Source: Phoronis australis (Eukaryota > Animalia > Phoronida). Taken from it: 64,000 nucleotides of DNA. Of this stretch, positions 26,598-37,971 are shown piece after piece; the first letter of the stretch is position 1; every line of letters begins with the position of its first letter. The stretch covers positions 839,755 to 903,754 of the forward strand of contig NMRA01000001.1 in NCBI GenBank assembly GCA_002633005.1, written 5' to 3'. The translations under genes and the position numbers were made by a program. The notes below the pieces were generated by a model, which was not told where the DNA came from, ran no database searches, and saw only the letters and a program-made list of their open reading frames with translations.

Positions 26598-28600
26598 CTG
26601 TAGATACATTGGAATTCTAAACAGCTAAATATGTTAAAGCGAAGGGCCCCCACACAAAATAGGGGACATAAAAAATTGAGGAGACAGTGATGCTCACTGG
26701 TTTGAGCACTGGACTTCCCTTTTGGGAGACCCGGGTTCAAATCCTGGTTTTACTGGCTGACAATCGAGCATTGCACGAAATGTGTTTTTCTCTTCTAACC
26801 TCAGTCATAGTAGTGAATGTATGCAAGGGTCTGAATGAGAGTCTGCACATCAAGCGAAAGCAATTTCCGGGGCGGGGGGGCCGTGTTGAAGAAAACAAAA
26901 AAGCGGTACAATCAATCAAAGCTTGTAGTAAAGGGACTCGAAATTACACAAAATAGGGCCTGTCTTGTTGACAAATGGGCCCCTCGCAAGTAGAAGTGAA
27001 CAACGGGTCCCATCTCATTGCCACAGGGGTCCTTGAGAGCTATGACGACCAGGGAATAGCTCCAAAGTTCAGGCAAAAGGTGGGAATTGCACTGATCATG
27101 ACCCCAGACTTTTTACAGCTAAGGGTCTCCGAGAAACTTTTGTGACAAAAATTATGATCATCTTTGCGCTTTTGCCACTACTACAGATAAATTTGGGTGT
27201 GTAAAAAAGTTACACGTCTGACAGTGAAAGAAATATTAATCGAGAGATTGGGCAGTACATGCCTTCAATCAAAACTGGCTATAAAACCGCCTCTGTTCAC
27301 AAAAACTAATTTTTGATCGTTAAAACCACTTCCCAATCTAAGTTAGGAACAAGTTGAACAAGATCAATCTAATAGTGGTAAGTGGTCTAAATTTTAAGTT
27401 AGTCTTTTAGGTAGAACATGGGTTTATAACACATTTAACAATACGAGGATAAGGTCGATGATTGATGTTCCACGTCCAAAAGCAGACGACAACCATCTTT
27501 ATAGGAATAGCTTAATAATAATTGATTGTGGTGCCAAAATAGCAGATCTGAGCCATGATGTTAAATGAGTGAATAAGAAAGCGTGTCAGGAGGAAAGCTT
27601 TGGAGCAGAAATCACACGAAGCATCTATTATATAAAGTGCATCGTTTGCACAAACTCTGTCTCCTCCGCTCTACTACAGACCTTCGTTGCGCCCGTTTCG
27701 TCACTGTCTTGGTCCCAGGTATTGCACCGGCCCCCTATTTGGATTCGAGGTGTTCTATTTTTTTCTCACGGGTTGTTTTTTCGCAGACACGGAGGGAGGG
27801 TGTCCAGTTTCGTACTGGGCTTGGTGACGTCAGTCCGTCGGCTCAACGGCCTGGGTGACGTCACTCCGTTGGCTTAATTTCACTCCCTCCGGCTTCTGTT
27901 GCATATATAATTCATCGGGCCTGTCGCCACCAAAATGCATGATGCCTCATTAAATTAATCTTTTACTCTTCCTTGAGTAAACTAAATTATTTACTCGGGT
28001 GTTGGAAAATTGGGCTTCCTCAGTTATCCTGCTGCTAAAATTGCCATGCACTCTTTGGGTGCCATACGTCACCTATCGGGCCAATTTCCATGTTCTTCAA
28101 TCAAGGAGGTTGCGTACATGTCATAACAATCGGAAGTGCTTTCATTTCGTAATAAATTTTTACTATTTTAATACCAAAAAAAAACAATTTCAGAAAATTC
28201 TCTCGAGAGATATCGCAAAGTTTTGGGAAATGGCGCGTACGTGCCCGTGTCACGAGATTGCACTGTTTTCAAAACCATGGCAGATAGGAATTTTCTTTGT
28301 TACAAAAGGCAGAGAATTACGAAAAATAACGTTTTTTAGATTTTGTTTACTTCTATAAACGGCTGTAACGGGCACTGTGAATGTCGATTCATTCCCAGAT
28401 TCTGCATGCACCCCTGCAGGTTATAAGCTCTAAGTTTCACGATGAGGTGACGAGCTGAGCACCTGGGTTGTGTGAAATTTCGGTGTCTAACAGAGCTCTA
28501 CACATGGCTACCTTGCTGTATGTTGACAACAGTCTTCATACAGCTAGCTGGCTTTCTATCTCAGTATGTACATTTATGATGCAACTTTTGTAAATACATC

Positions 28601-28761
28601 CAGGGGCAGATCCAGGATTTTGAGTTGGGGGGGCAAGGCAAATAGAGCACTAGCCAGAAGTTTGCCCTTCAGACATTCGCACCCCCGAACTGCCAAATGG
28701 AAGCTGGGAGAATTTTAGGTGGGGCCATGGCCCCCTTGGCCTCCCTCTAAATCCGCCACTG
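28601..28761. mobile_element. 161-bp MITE with 5-bp TSD (acatc)
   Basis: acatc|caggggcagatccagg...ctaaatccgccactg|acatc; same TIR type as 40626-41571. Confidence 0.8.
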
Positions 28762-29429
28762 ACATCTATATACTTTGTATACTATACAATATTTTAAATG
28801 CATTCTTAGTTTTCACTTTAAACTGAAGAATATCTGATTAACGTTCTTTTGTGTTACAGCAGGGTCAAATGTTCTGGAAAGAAATTTGTACTCCCTAAGG
28901 GAAGAATCACACAGCCGCACACCTTAATTGCCTACTAAAATCTGACAAGAGGCAGAAATTCTGCTTGAAGCTTTGAACACGGTCTCTTCAAGAAGTATTC
29001 CTGTCTCTTGCGATGAATGACTCGATTGGTTCACTCTTAGGTGTAGCTATTTAACCTTGGCGTTTCCCACTAGCTGCTACCTGTGCGAAAGTTATCAATG
29101 ATATAATGTTAAGGCTCCGTTAGAAACTATTTCAGTCTTAGAGACGAAATAACAATGCTATCATTCTATCACGTTACATTGCACTTGTTAAACAGTGCTG
29201 ATGAGGAGATGCCAACAATGAAACATTTTTAAAATTAAACTTTCATGAAACGCCTGGGCTAAATGCATTAACTGAGTAGATGCGAGCTCACCGTTTCCTG
29301 ACATCGCAGACACAAAGTGTTATGTGTCCTTCTAATTCGCTATAGAAGATTCGATAAGCAAATTTGATATGATGCTGACCAAGGTCTTCTAACTGGCAAT
29401 CATATTGTGTAGACCAATAAAGGTAACTT

Positions 29430-31776
29430 AAAGCTTGCTTATCTGATGTGTGTACTCATTGTTGTATGGTATGTGTATTTATGTGACATTTTGTGGAGTT
29501 ATTATTGCACAGAGATTGTGGATACCCTGTCTATATTTGTGCTCTGTATTATTTTGTAGATATTTTATTATTATTTCATAGATATATAATAGATATGCAA
29601 GTTTCCATATGAAATGTTAATTTAACTTCTTCTTGTAGTACATTGCGTGATACACAGTAGATAGTAATTGCCTAACAGCCCAAGTATGAGCCTTCTTTTT
29701 TATACTGTGTGACACTGTGCACTTAGGATAATGGTTTCTGGTCATTTTGGACAGGTTCGACAGTTTACACAGCCTACGAATATTTAATTTTTCTGTTTTT
29801 GTGTACGTCCATATAAGAAGAAATTTTAATCATCATTATTACATTTACATCAATGTAGATATTGTCTAAACAGTGATTTTGAAAGTGATGCTTTACTATT
29901 TATAATCTTAGTATATGCTAACCTCACTTTTGCTTTTAATTAAGAATCAGTAAGTTACACAACTTTGTACAAGCATCGTATTTCAAATAAAGTCTGAGAA
30001 AAACGTTATCGCAGAACTTTTGAAAGAGCATACTTCAAGGAATCCACATGTAAAAATTCACGTCATTTGCTCTTCCCATTAAAAATGCGACAGCAGAACG
30101 ATTGAAAATGGGTGAAAATGCGCCAGAGCCGCCATCTTGAAAGTGACTTCCAGTTAAACAAAATTTTATAAAAGCAGATCACTAGCAACAAACACGTAAA
30201 CAGTTTGAAAGTTTTTGGTTCGCCAATGCGCCCTCTACAGGAGAAAACGGTTGTGGCCAGATATCGAGGTGCGCATGCACCATTGTCAATATTTCCGCCA
30301 TCTTTGACCAGAAGCCAACATTTTTCAGCACAGTTGTACTATTGTGTTCTATAATAATCGAACCAAGTTTCATCAGCCTTGTACATCAAAAATTGCGGCC
30401 TCTATGAGCATTTGAATGTGAAACTGGAAACAAAATGGCCGCCACATCCGCCATTTTGAATCGGATCATAACCAAAAACAATAGGCTTCCAGGGCTTTCT
30501 GATCTACACATCGTGTGCAAATTTCGTGCAGATATGACGAAAATTGCGACCTGTAGAGTGAAAACAAAAAAAACAAACTTGACGGCAGAGCAACATACTT
30601 ACCNAAAGCTTGCTTATCTGATGTGTGTACTCATTGTTGTATGGTATGTGTATTTATGTGACATTTTGTGGAGTTATTATTGCACAGAGATTGTGGATAC
30701 CCTGTCTATATTTGTGCTCTGTATTATTTTGTAGATATTTTATTATTATTTCATAGATATATAATAGATATGCAAGTTTCCATATGAAATGTTAATTTAA
30801 CTTCTTCTTGTAGTACATTGCGTGATACACAGTAGATAGTAATTGCCTAACAGCCCAAGTATGAGCCTTCTTTTTTATACTGTGTGACACTGTGCACTTA
30901 GGATAATGGTTTCTGGTCATTTTGGACAGGTTCGACAGTTTACACAGCCTATGAATATTTAATTTTTCTGTTTTTGTGTACGTCCATATAAGAAGAAATT
31001 TTATCATTATTACATTTACATCAATGTAGATATTGTCTACACAGTGATTTTGAAAGTGACGCTTTACTATTTATAAACTTAGTATATGCTAACCTCACTT
31101 TTGCTTTTAATTAAGAATCAGTAAGTTACACAACTTTGTAAAAGCATCGTATTTTAAATAAAGTCTGAGAAAAACGTTATCGCAGAACTTTTGAAAGAGC
31201 ATACTTCAAGGAATACACATGCAAAAATTCACGTCATTTGCTCTTCCCATTAAAAATGCGACAGCAGAACGATTGAAAACGGGTGAAAATGCGCCAGAGC
31301 CGTCATCTTGAAAGTGACTTCCGGTTAAACAAAATTTTATTAAAGCAGATCCCTAGCAACAAACACGTAAACAGTTTGAAAGTGTTTGGTTCGCCAATGC
31401 GCCCTCTACAGGAGAAAACGTTTTTGGCCAGATATCGAGGTGCGCATGCACCATTGTCAATATTTCCGCCATCTTTGACCAGAAGTCAACATTTTTCAGC
31501 ACAGTTGTACTATTATGTTCTATAATAATCGTACCAAGTTTCATCAGCCTTGTATGTCAAAAGTTGCGACCTCTATGAGCATTTGAATGTGAAACTGGAA
31601 ACAAAATGGCTGTGACGTCCGCCATTTTGAATCCGATCATAACCAAAAACAATAGGCTTCCAGGACTTTCTGACCTACACGTCGTGTGCAAATTTCGTGC
31701 AGATATGACGAAAATTGCGACCTGTAGAGTGCAAACAAAAAAAAAACAAACTTGACGGCAGAGCAACATACTTACC
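29430..31776. repeat. Near-identical tandem duplication: 29430-30603 and 30605-31776, joined at n30604 (probable haplotypes); contains an interspersed repeat
   Basis: aaagcttgcttatctgatg... restarts after n30604; both copies end ...gagcaacatacttacc. The internal aaaatggc...cgccattttg segment looks like an interspersed (possibly Helentron/HINE-type) repeat. Confidence 0.88.
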
Positions 31777-31976
31777 GAAATTCGAAGAATTCTGCCAAGT
31801 AATGTGTGCTTAAGAAGCTTAATGGATCACAATTCTAGATTAGATAGTGTCAGTGGAAATTTCCTGAGTTTTACACTTTAGGGGAATGGTGCATAATATG
31901 CAACAAGAATTTTCTAAGTATTTAACACTCATTGAGGAAAGGCAAAATTTTCAGGTGACAACTAAATGATACTTAC

Positions 31977-32087
31977 CAGTCTTGAAAACAAGAGTGAAGT
32001 TTGCATTGGTTCCCTTGACCAGAATGCATGCATCAGTTTTGCCATTCACAATGACGTTTGACAATGTGCCAGTGACCGGAACATCCT
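31977..32087 (-). CDS. NPC2: NPC2/ML-domain protein, exon 2 equivalent (single copy in the window)
   Basis: ttttttccag|...|gtaagt, 111 nt, phase 1 to phase 1; xDVPVTGTLSNVIVNGKTDACILVKGTNANFTLVFKT(G) matches NPC2 G.I..V.V..C...PC.L.KG......V.F; splices in frame to either exon-3 copy. Confidence 0.85.
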
Positions 32088-33032
32088 CTGGAAAAAAACA
32101 GCTACCCTATTTAGTAAATGAATTCAATATGGCCAAGTGCCCCTACATATGAATTCGGGCGTTATTGCAAAGTCTACGCAAAACCAAAGACCAATGTCAA
32201 CCCTTTACACTCATGCATCTTGGTCCTGTACAATGTTGTACAATTATCACTTGTGATGACACATTCTTGTTTACAGGGTATGTTCACAACATGTTCATCC
32301 GGGTTAACACCCACACTCATCTTAAAATTCATCTTAAAAGTGCTGATTTCTGTTCTTTATAACTTTTGAAAACTGGTAAGAAACAGGGATTAAGAAAATA
32401 CAAAAATGTTGATTTTGCAAGGAACTTTTGTAATCGAAGCATTAAAAATAGTCTGTAATATCAAATTTAACAATGTACATGAAAATTAATGACGTACGTA
32501 TTATTTGGAAAAAGGAAATTCGGTGACCCCCACTTTTGTGCACATTCCTAGTAGGCAAAGACAGCCAAAATACAAAGCATGAAATTTTTTTTAAAAATTC
32601 AACGATGAACTAAAACTGATGCGAATCTCATTTGTCTCCACAACTGTTACACATATTATATCAAAAAGTTGTGACATTTGGGAGTTTTAAATCAGTTTTG
32701 GTTCAGTGATCACACTAGCACAAATACAAAATACATGACCTGTAACAAAACCTTGAGATAATGTCATCAATGCTATTTATATGAAGTCATAATTTCCTGG
32801 TGTCCGTGGTGGGAAAGTTGGTATGACTGAGTGGCCAGCATGAGCAAAGGCACAGGCCGCTAATAGCTGACGCACAGAGTAACAATAAATTTAAAAAAAT
32901 AATATGCTCTGCCACTTATACCTACCAGATGGGATACAGTCAATTTTTTGTTCCCATGTTCATGCAAAACAAATTCCCCAACATTGTGATTGGACTTTTT
33001 AAAAATCATTTCTAATCAAAGTGAAGGTTCAA

Positions 33033-33110
33033 GGAGGCAGAGTGGCTAAGTGGGACATTAATGTCCACTTCCATTGCTCAAGGTCATGGGTTTGAGACCC
33101 ATTTGGGCAC
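33033..33110 (+). repeat. tRNA-derived SINE-like head (degenerate)
   Basis: A-box-like tggctaagtgg and B-box-like ggtttgagacc at tRNA-like spacing. Confidence 0.45.
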
Positions 33111-33576
33111 ACTGCTAGAACTTTGAGTCAGGTCTCTAGCACCTCAGCTTGGTTTTAATTATGCTAATAAAGCATCACAATAGTTCTAGGTGATCAGTGC
33201 AATCATGGTCCCACTTGAGCAGCCAGCTCACGTCGAGTACAACATGTACCTGCATGACTATACTTGCAATTATTTTAAAGTGAATGCTAAAGCTGCTTTC
33301 GCATTAGAGTTAGTCCTGAGTGACTAGTTCGCGGTTGGAACATACTTTAGATCAGCAACATAACCTGCCGTACCAAACTGTCACCTTTCTCACATGATCA
33401 GACTAACACTCTACCGTCTTCACTTTAAAGCTTCGTCGTACATACTTAACATGAAATGTCACTACTCTGTACCGCAATAGGGATCCCACAAACAATTGTC
33501 TCAAACAACTCACATGCTTATTAGACACGACAAATGATACACTTGAGTTCATATTCGAGTAGTCTAATCCCGTTGG

Positions 33577-33916
33577 ACCTTTTGCACAAAGAGGGACACC
33601 TTAGAAGGCTATCTATGTCTTTAATTACAACTCAAACAAATGCTCCCGTCAACAAACTTTTTCTTCAGGCAGTCCGTCATTCAGTTGCCCAACTGACCAT
33701 TTTTACACAGCGCACGCCAGAGGACAACACGTCACATCACCTAGCGGGAACGGTAAAAATAGGAGCATGCACAGTTTAAAAATAGCCAGTTGCTGATTTG
33801 GGCAACTGAACAAAGCCCTGCTTGAAGAAAAAGTTTGATAATGAGAGATTTGTTCAGGCTGAAAAGAATTAAGGACAACGATAGCCTCCTAAGGTGTCTC
33901 TCTGTGTGCAAAAGGT
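33577..33916. repeat. Palindromic MITE-like element; a further partial copy at ~44293-44480
   Basis: accttttgcacaaagagggacaccttagaaggctat...ttcagttgcccaa vs ttgggcaactgaa...atagcctcctaaggtgtctctctgtgtgcaaaaggt; the ORF track shows spurious related peptides at 33534, 33741 and 44187. Confidence 0.7.
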
Positions 33917-34456
33917 ACTTGTAAGAACACAACTTTGATGTTTTAATCAGTGTGAGCCAAAGGAGCTACACCATCTCTATTGCCAGCTCAAGAAAATGTC
34001 AGTGGTCACTGTCTATATTTAATGGTGCCAAACTTGAATTTCCCTCATTGATAACTTTTTCCTCCACGACAGTTTGTGAAATTTATTCCCCCCAATTCAC
34101 TACTTGCATGAATTCGCCATCATGCTTGAAAATGAGGTGTTGTGTCCAAACTACAATGGTTCTGCATGTTTGCAACATGCGCGCTTTCACGTTTGCGTCA
34201 AAACTGATGCTAAAACGAGGCATTGTGTCCCAAACATCAATAGCTTTGTAGCGCCACCAAAGTGTGCAAGTAGTGAAGTGGGAGAACATCTGCAACTTTA
34301 GAGAAAGATTTTTCTCCGAACTGAAAGAATTCAACAAATCAGAAGAAATCCCCCAATGTGAGAAGTTTAACCTGCTTCTAATACATTCTCAATGAGTTGC
34401 GACAAATGGTGAAGACAATGTTCAGCTCACAATAGAGAATGTCCGAAGTCATGGAA

Positions 34457-36885
34457 CAGGGCTCGACATAACGAGCTGCAGGCCGCATTTGCGACCTGAA
34501 ATTTCGAAATGCGAGCTGAGATTTTTGTCAACTCGTATCAAGTCGCAAAATGCAACCTGGAATTTCCAACAAATGCGAGCTGAGTTTTTACACTTTTCGG
34601 CAGATACCTGGCAAATATAAAGCAACTATTGTTAATCTGACCATTACTTGGTTGTTGCCAAATCCAAGTTCAAAAGACCTCTAATTGAAAACAGCCCTCC
34701 CGATGACTTGTAAGCAAGTCGCGTGACCATGGGATATGCAGAATCGATCTTTGACGCGTTTCATTGGCTAACATTTTTGGCCACTTTTGCAAATTTCCGG
34801 ATTTGCCGAAGAAAGTTTTGGGCCACATAACACGTGATAAAACCTCACAAAACGGTGGTGTTTCTATTAATTCTTAAGCGATCAACTTATCAAACTTTGC
34901 GGTGGACAAATATGTTTTTTGCTTAAGATGTCCTTATTACCTTTACCAAATATCCACAACAATATCCCTGATATCGCACTGCGGCACTAGTCGGTCCCGT
35001 TGTTAGCGTGCAAGCTGTCCCGGCAAGACAATCGTGACTTAGATATGTGCGCCTCGTTTTTATCCCATAAGACACACATCTTTACTTTCAGTTGGCAAGA
35101 AATTCTCAAACCCCATTACTTGTTTCTGGGGCTACGTGCGCGAAATATGATTAATTTTGTCTTTCACACGTTGTTGCCAACGTAAAGTGTAGGCCTATTC
35201 CAGCGATTCAAGTGCGTGAACTCACGCGTGCGCACCGTTTCAAAGCTGCACATCAAAAGGGAACAACGGCAGTCCTAAATGAAAGAGTATACCGGCTTGA
35301 TGGCTATGTTAAGCACCCGGGTTCCAATGGTTTAGTTGAAAATGAACTCATAGATTTCCGGCGGTTATAAAAGACCTGATGCTTTACGATATTCCCTGGG
35401 ACGGATGTAACCCAGAATGGATATTTTCCGGTTCCGATGTTTTTCGAGGTTGATGTTCTCTAAACCCTATATTCTATGCCAGTAGCCAGCTACATGTATT
35501 GCAACTAAACGGGTACTAGATGCGAAACTGTGGTTAGCGAACTTTTTATTCTTCTCTTCATACACCTCCCCCCCACTCNCGCCGCCGTAAAAATGTTCAG
35601 ACTCCAATAGAAACAATCATGTTCCAGCTGAAGCGGGCAATTAAAAACAAAATTATTCCGGTTGGCTAAAAAGGGTACAGTGTAGGTGGTAACGATATGC
35701 AGACTCACAGACTCACCCCTACTAGATGGAGTTTGCCTCGCAAAATCGTATTATTATAACGTTTCTTACCATTGTAGACTTTTAATATCTTATTACCGCA
35801 AACACTCAGGTTAACGACTATGCTAACGTACAAGCCTACTCCCTATCTTTGAAGTGTTTCACAATAAGCGCTCACTGATCTACTAAGCGTTCCCCCTCAA
35901 CTTTTGAGAATTTCCAATTAAGCGCCCACAGTTTAAGCTAGCGCGCATCATATCGCACTACAAACGACCGAGCGTGGTTTAAAAGTGACTCGCAGCCTAT
36001 ATGGTGTGTCACTCTCATTTTACACAACAATTCCATTTCCAAAAAACGTCTTTTCTCAATATGTAAAAACCAAATCCCGCTTTGTTAGTATACCTCCGAA
36101 AGAAAGTTAACACTAGTGACATGCTTGTCGTTTTGTGACTGACCTATTTTTTCCGTACCTGGATGGTATTGAGCAAACTTGCCATTACCAGATGGAAACT
36201 CGCACGGAGGGAGTTGGGAATTATTTGGAGGCTATTCACTTCATGGAAAACTAATTGTTGAGTACGTAAACAGCATAAGTACCACATTTTTGTTGTGGAA
36301 TTTGCACTGAATTATTTATTCGGTTAAAACATCGTTTCACAGATTTTTTTTCGACAGACGTTTTTCAAACATGTGTTAAGTTGCAAAATTTGGGCTGCGA
36401 ACAAAAAGCGGAGGGAATTTGCCCTCGGAGTTAGTTTGAATCTTTAACGACTTTGATGACAGCCAGTAGCAGGTCAGACCTAGCAAAATTCCGGATACTT
36501 TTTCAACGGGCATTTTCTCCCTTTTCAAATCGCAAACTTAGCTACTCGAATGCACGTGTCAGTTAGAGAGCACTAATTCAACTTTCACGTCGGGAACTTG
36601 ACTTGCACTCTAGAGACTTTCAATGGCGTTCATGAAGAACAGTAACGCCGTACCTATAAACAAAGTCAGTTTTGGGATCTGAAATTTGTGAGTATTTAAC
36701 GCGGCAGGAAAGAGCATAAACTAAATATTTTCTCGATGATCTAATATCAATTATGGCGCGTAAAAATGGCGGGAAAATTTTGCGACCTGGCATTTATGAA
36801 TGCGAGCTGGATTTTGGAAATGCGACCTGGGATTCTGGCTAGCTTGCAAAATGCGACCTGGCGATTTTAAAAGCGTCGAGCCCTG
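34457..36885. mobile_element. 2.4-kb non-autonomous DNA transposon, 11-bp TIR, 5-bp TSD (hAT5-like)
   Basis: tggaa|cagggctcgac...gtcgagccctg|tggaa; arrays of tgcgacctg/tgcgagctg subterminal repeats at both ends; no transposase ORF. Confidence 0.8.
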
Positions 36886-37971
36886 TGGAACAACGTCAAA
36901 GACCGGTGCTGTGTCTTATGACTGGGTATAGTTTACATGGTAAGTATCAAAATGTACCATGTAGCTTAGGGCTCCATGAAATTGCGTGAAGCTGAAAAAA
37001 CGACAGTGTAGAAACAGGCTATTTTTTGTCAAAAAAATAATTGCGTTTCTGAAACTCAGCGAGACATATTCAAAGCGAAAACCAACGTTCTCACAAACAA
37101 AAAATAAATTTTAGCTACCACCATGTTTACGAAATGAAGACATGTAAATTTCAAATCATTTACGAGACCTGATTGGCGTGTTTATGTAAAAAAACATTTC
37201 AACAGATATTCTAGTGAATTTGTGTTCGATAATTTGTAATACAAGAAAAACGACTATGAACTAATTTTTTTAAACCATAGCCTGATCTGAAATTGGCTGT
37301 GTGGCACTGCTTTTCAAGAAGAGAGGTGGGATTTTTTGGAATCATTTACGAGACTGAAAGTAAACTCAACAATAGTGTGTTAATCAAAATAAAAAGTGGA
37401 AACTAAAAAACTTTACAAAGCTATGATGACGTGCAAAATCAATGCACAGTTTTGAAAGTTTTTAGCAAATATTAAGGAAAAATTTTTGGTCTTTGAAATT
37501 GTTTGCTTATTTTCGAGACTTTATTTACGGAATGATAAATTTCACCTACTTTTAGCACTTGTAACCTGATTATAGGTCAATTGTTCAAGAACAAGCATGT
37601 GCATTTCAGCCGACATTGATACTATTTGAAAATACTCAATAAAGCAGCCAGCAGAACTTTTGGGTAAGTTTTGAGTAATCTCACTTTATAATTCACGTTT
37701 CAGGGTTGTTAATAACGTACTGCGAGAAGTAACGAAATGCTCTTCCTGAGAAACATGCTTTGATTAGAATATGCTAGTCATTGGTATTGATAAGTTCTCG
37801 TAAAAAACTGTCAAGTAAGTGACATTCAGTGTCCCGTAAGTGATTTGTTTTATTTTTGCCCAAATTAAATTGATTTTTTTAAGTAGCACTTAGATTATTA
37901 TACATGACGATAAATTGACTTACTGCAGCTGGGATAGCAAAACTAGTGATGACACCTTTTTATTCTATTTA

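Larger units (their letters stand above)
21735..27600. repeat. Older tandem segmental duplication unit A (NPC2 exons 3-4 plus downstream flank), paralogous to ~10865-21330
   Basis: Colinear diverged blocks: 21740-23045 ~ 10865-12235, 23055-23440 ~ 13600-13985, 23635-26112 ~ 15709-18200, 26130-26292 ~ 19500-19656, 26295-27590 ~ 20261-21325. Confidence 0.85.

Noticed and set aside
32495-32870. Signal-peptide-like minus-strand stretches (FHALYFGCLCLLG..., LLAACAFAHA...)
   Set aside because: No in-frame ATG plus phase-1 donor; in-frame stops.
20652-33110. tRNA genes at ~20652, ~26688 and ~33033 (also ~17430)
   Set aside because: A/B-box-like motifs only; no complete cloverleaf, so SINE-like remnants.
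33534-33932. Apparent small peptide family (HLRRLSMSLI...FLQA) at 33534, 33741 and 44187
   Set aside because: These are translations of the arms of a palindromic DNA repeat, not genes.
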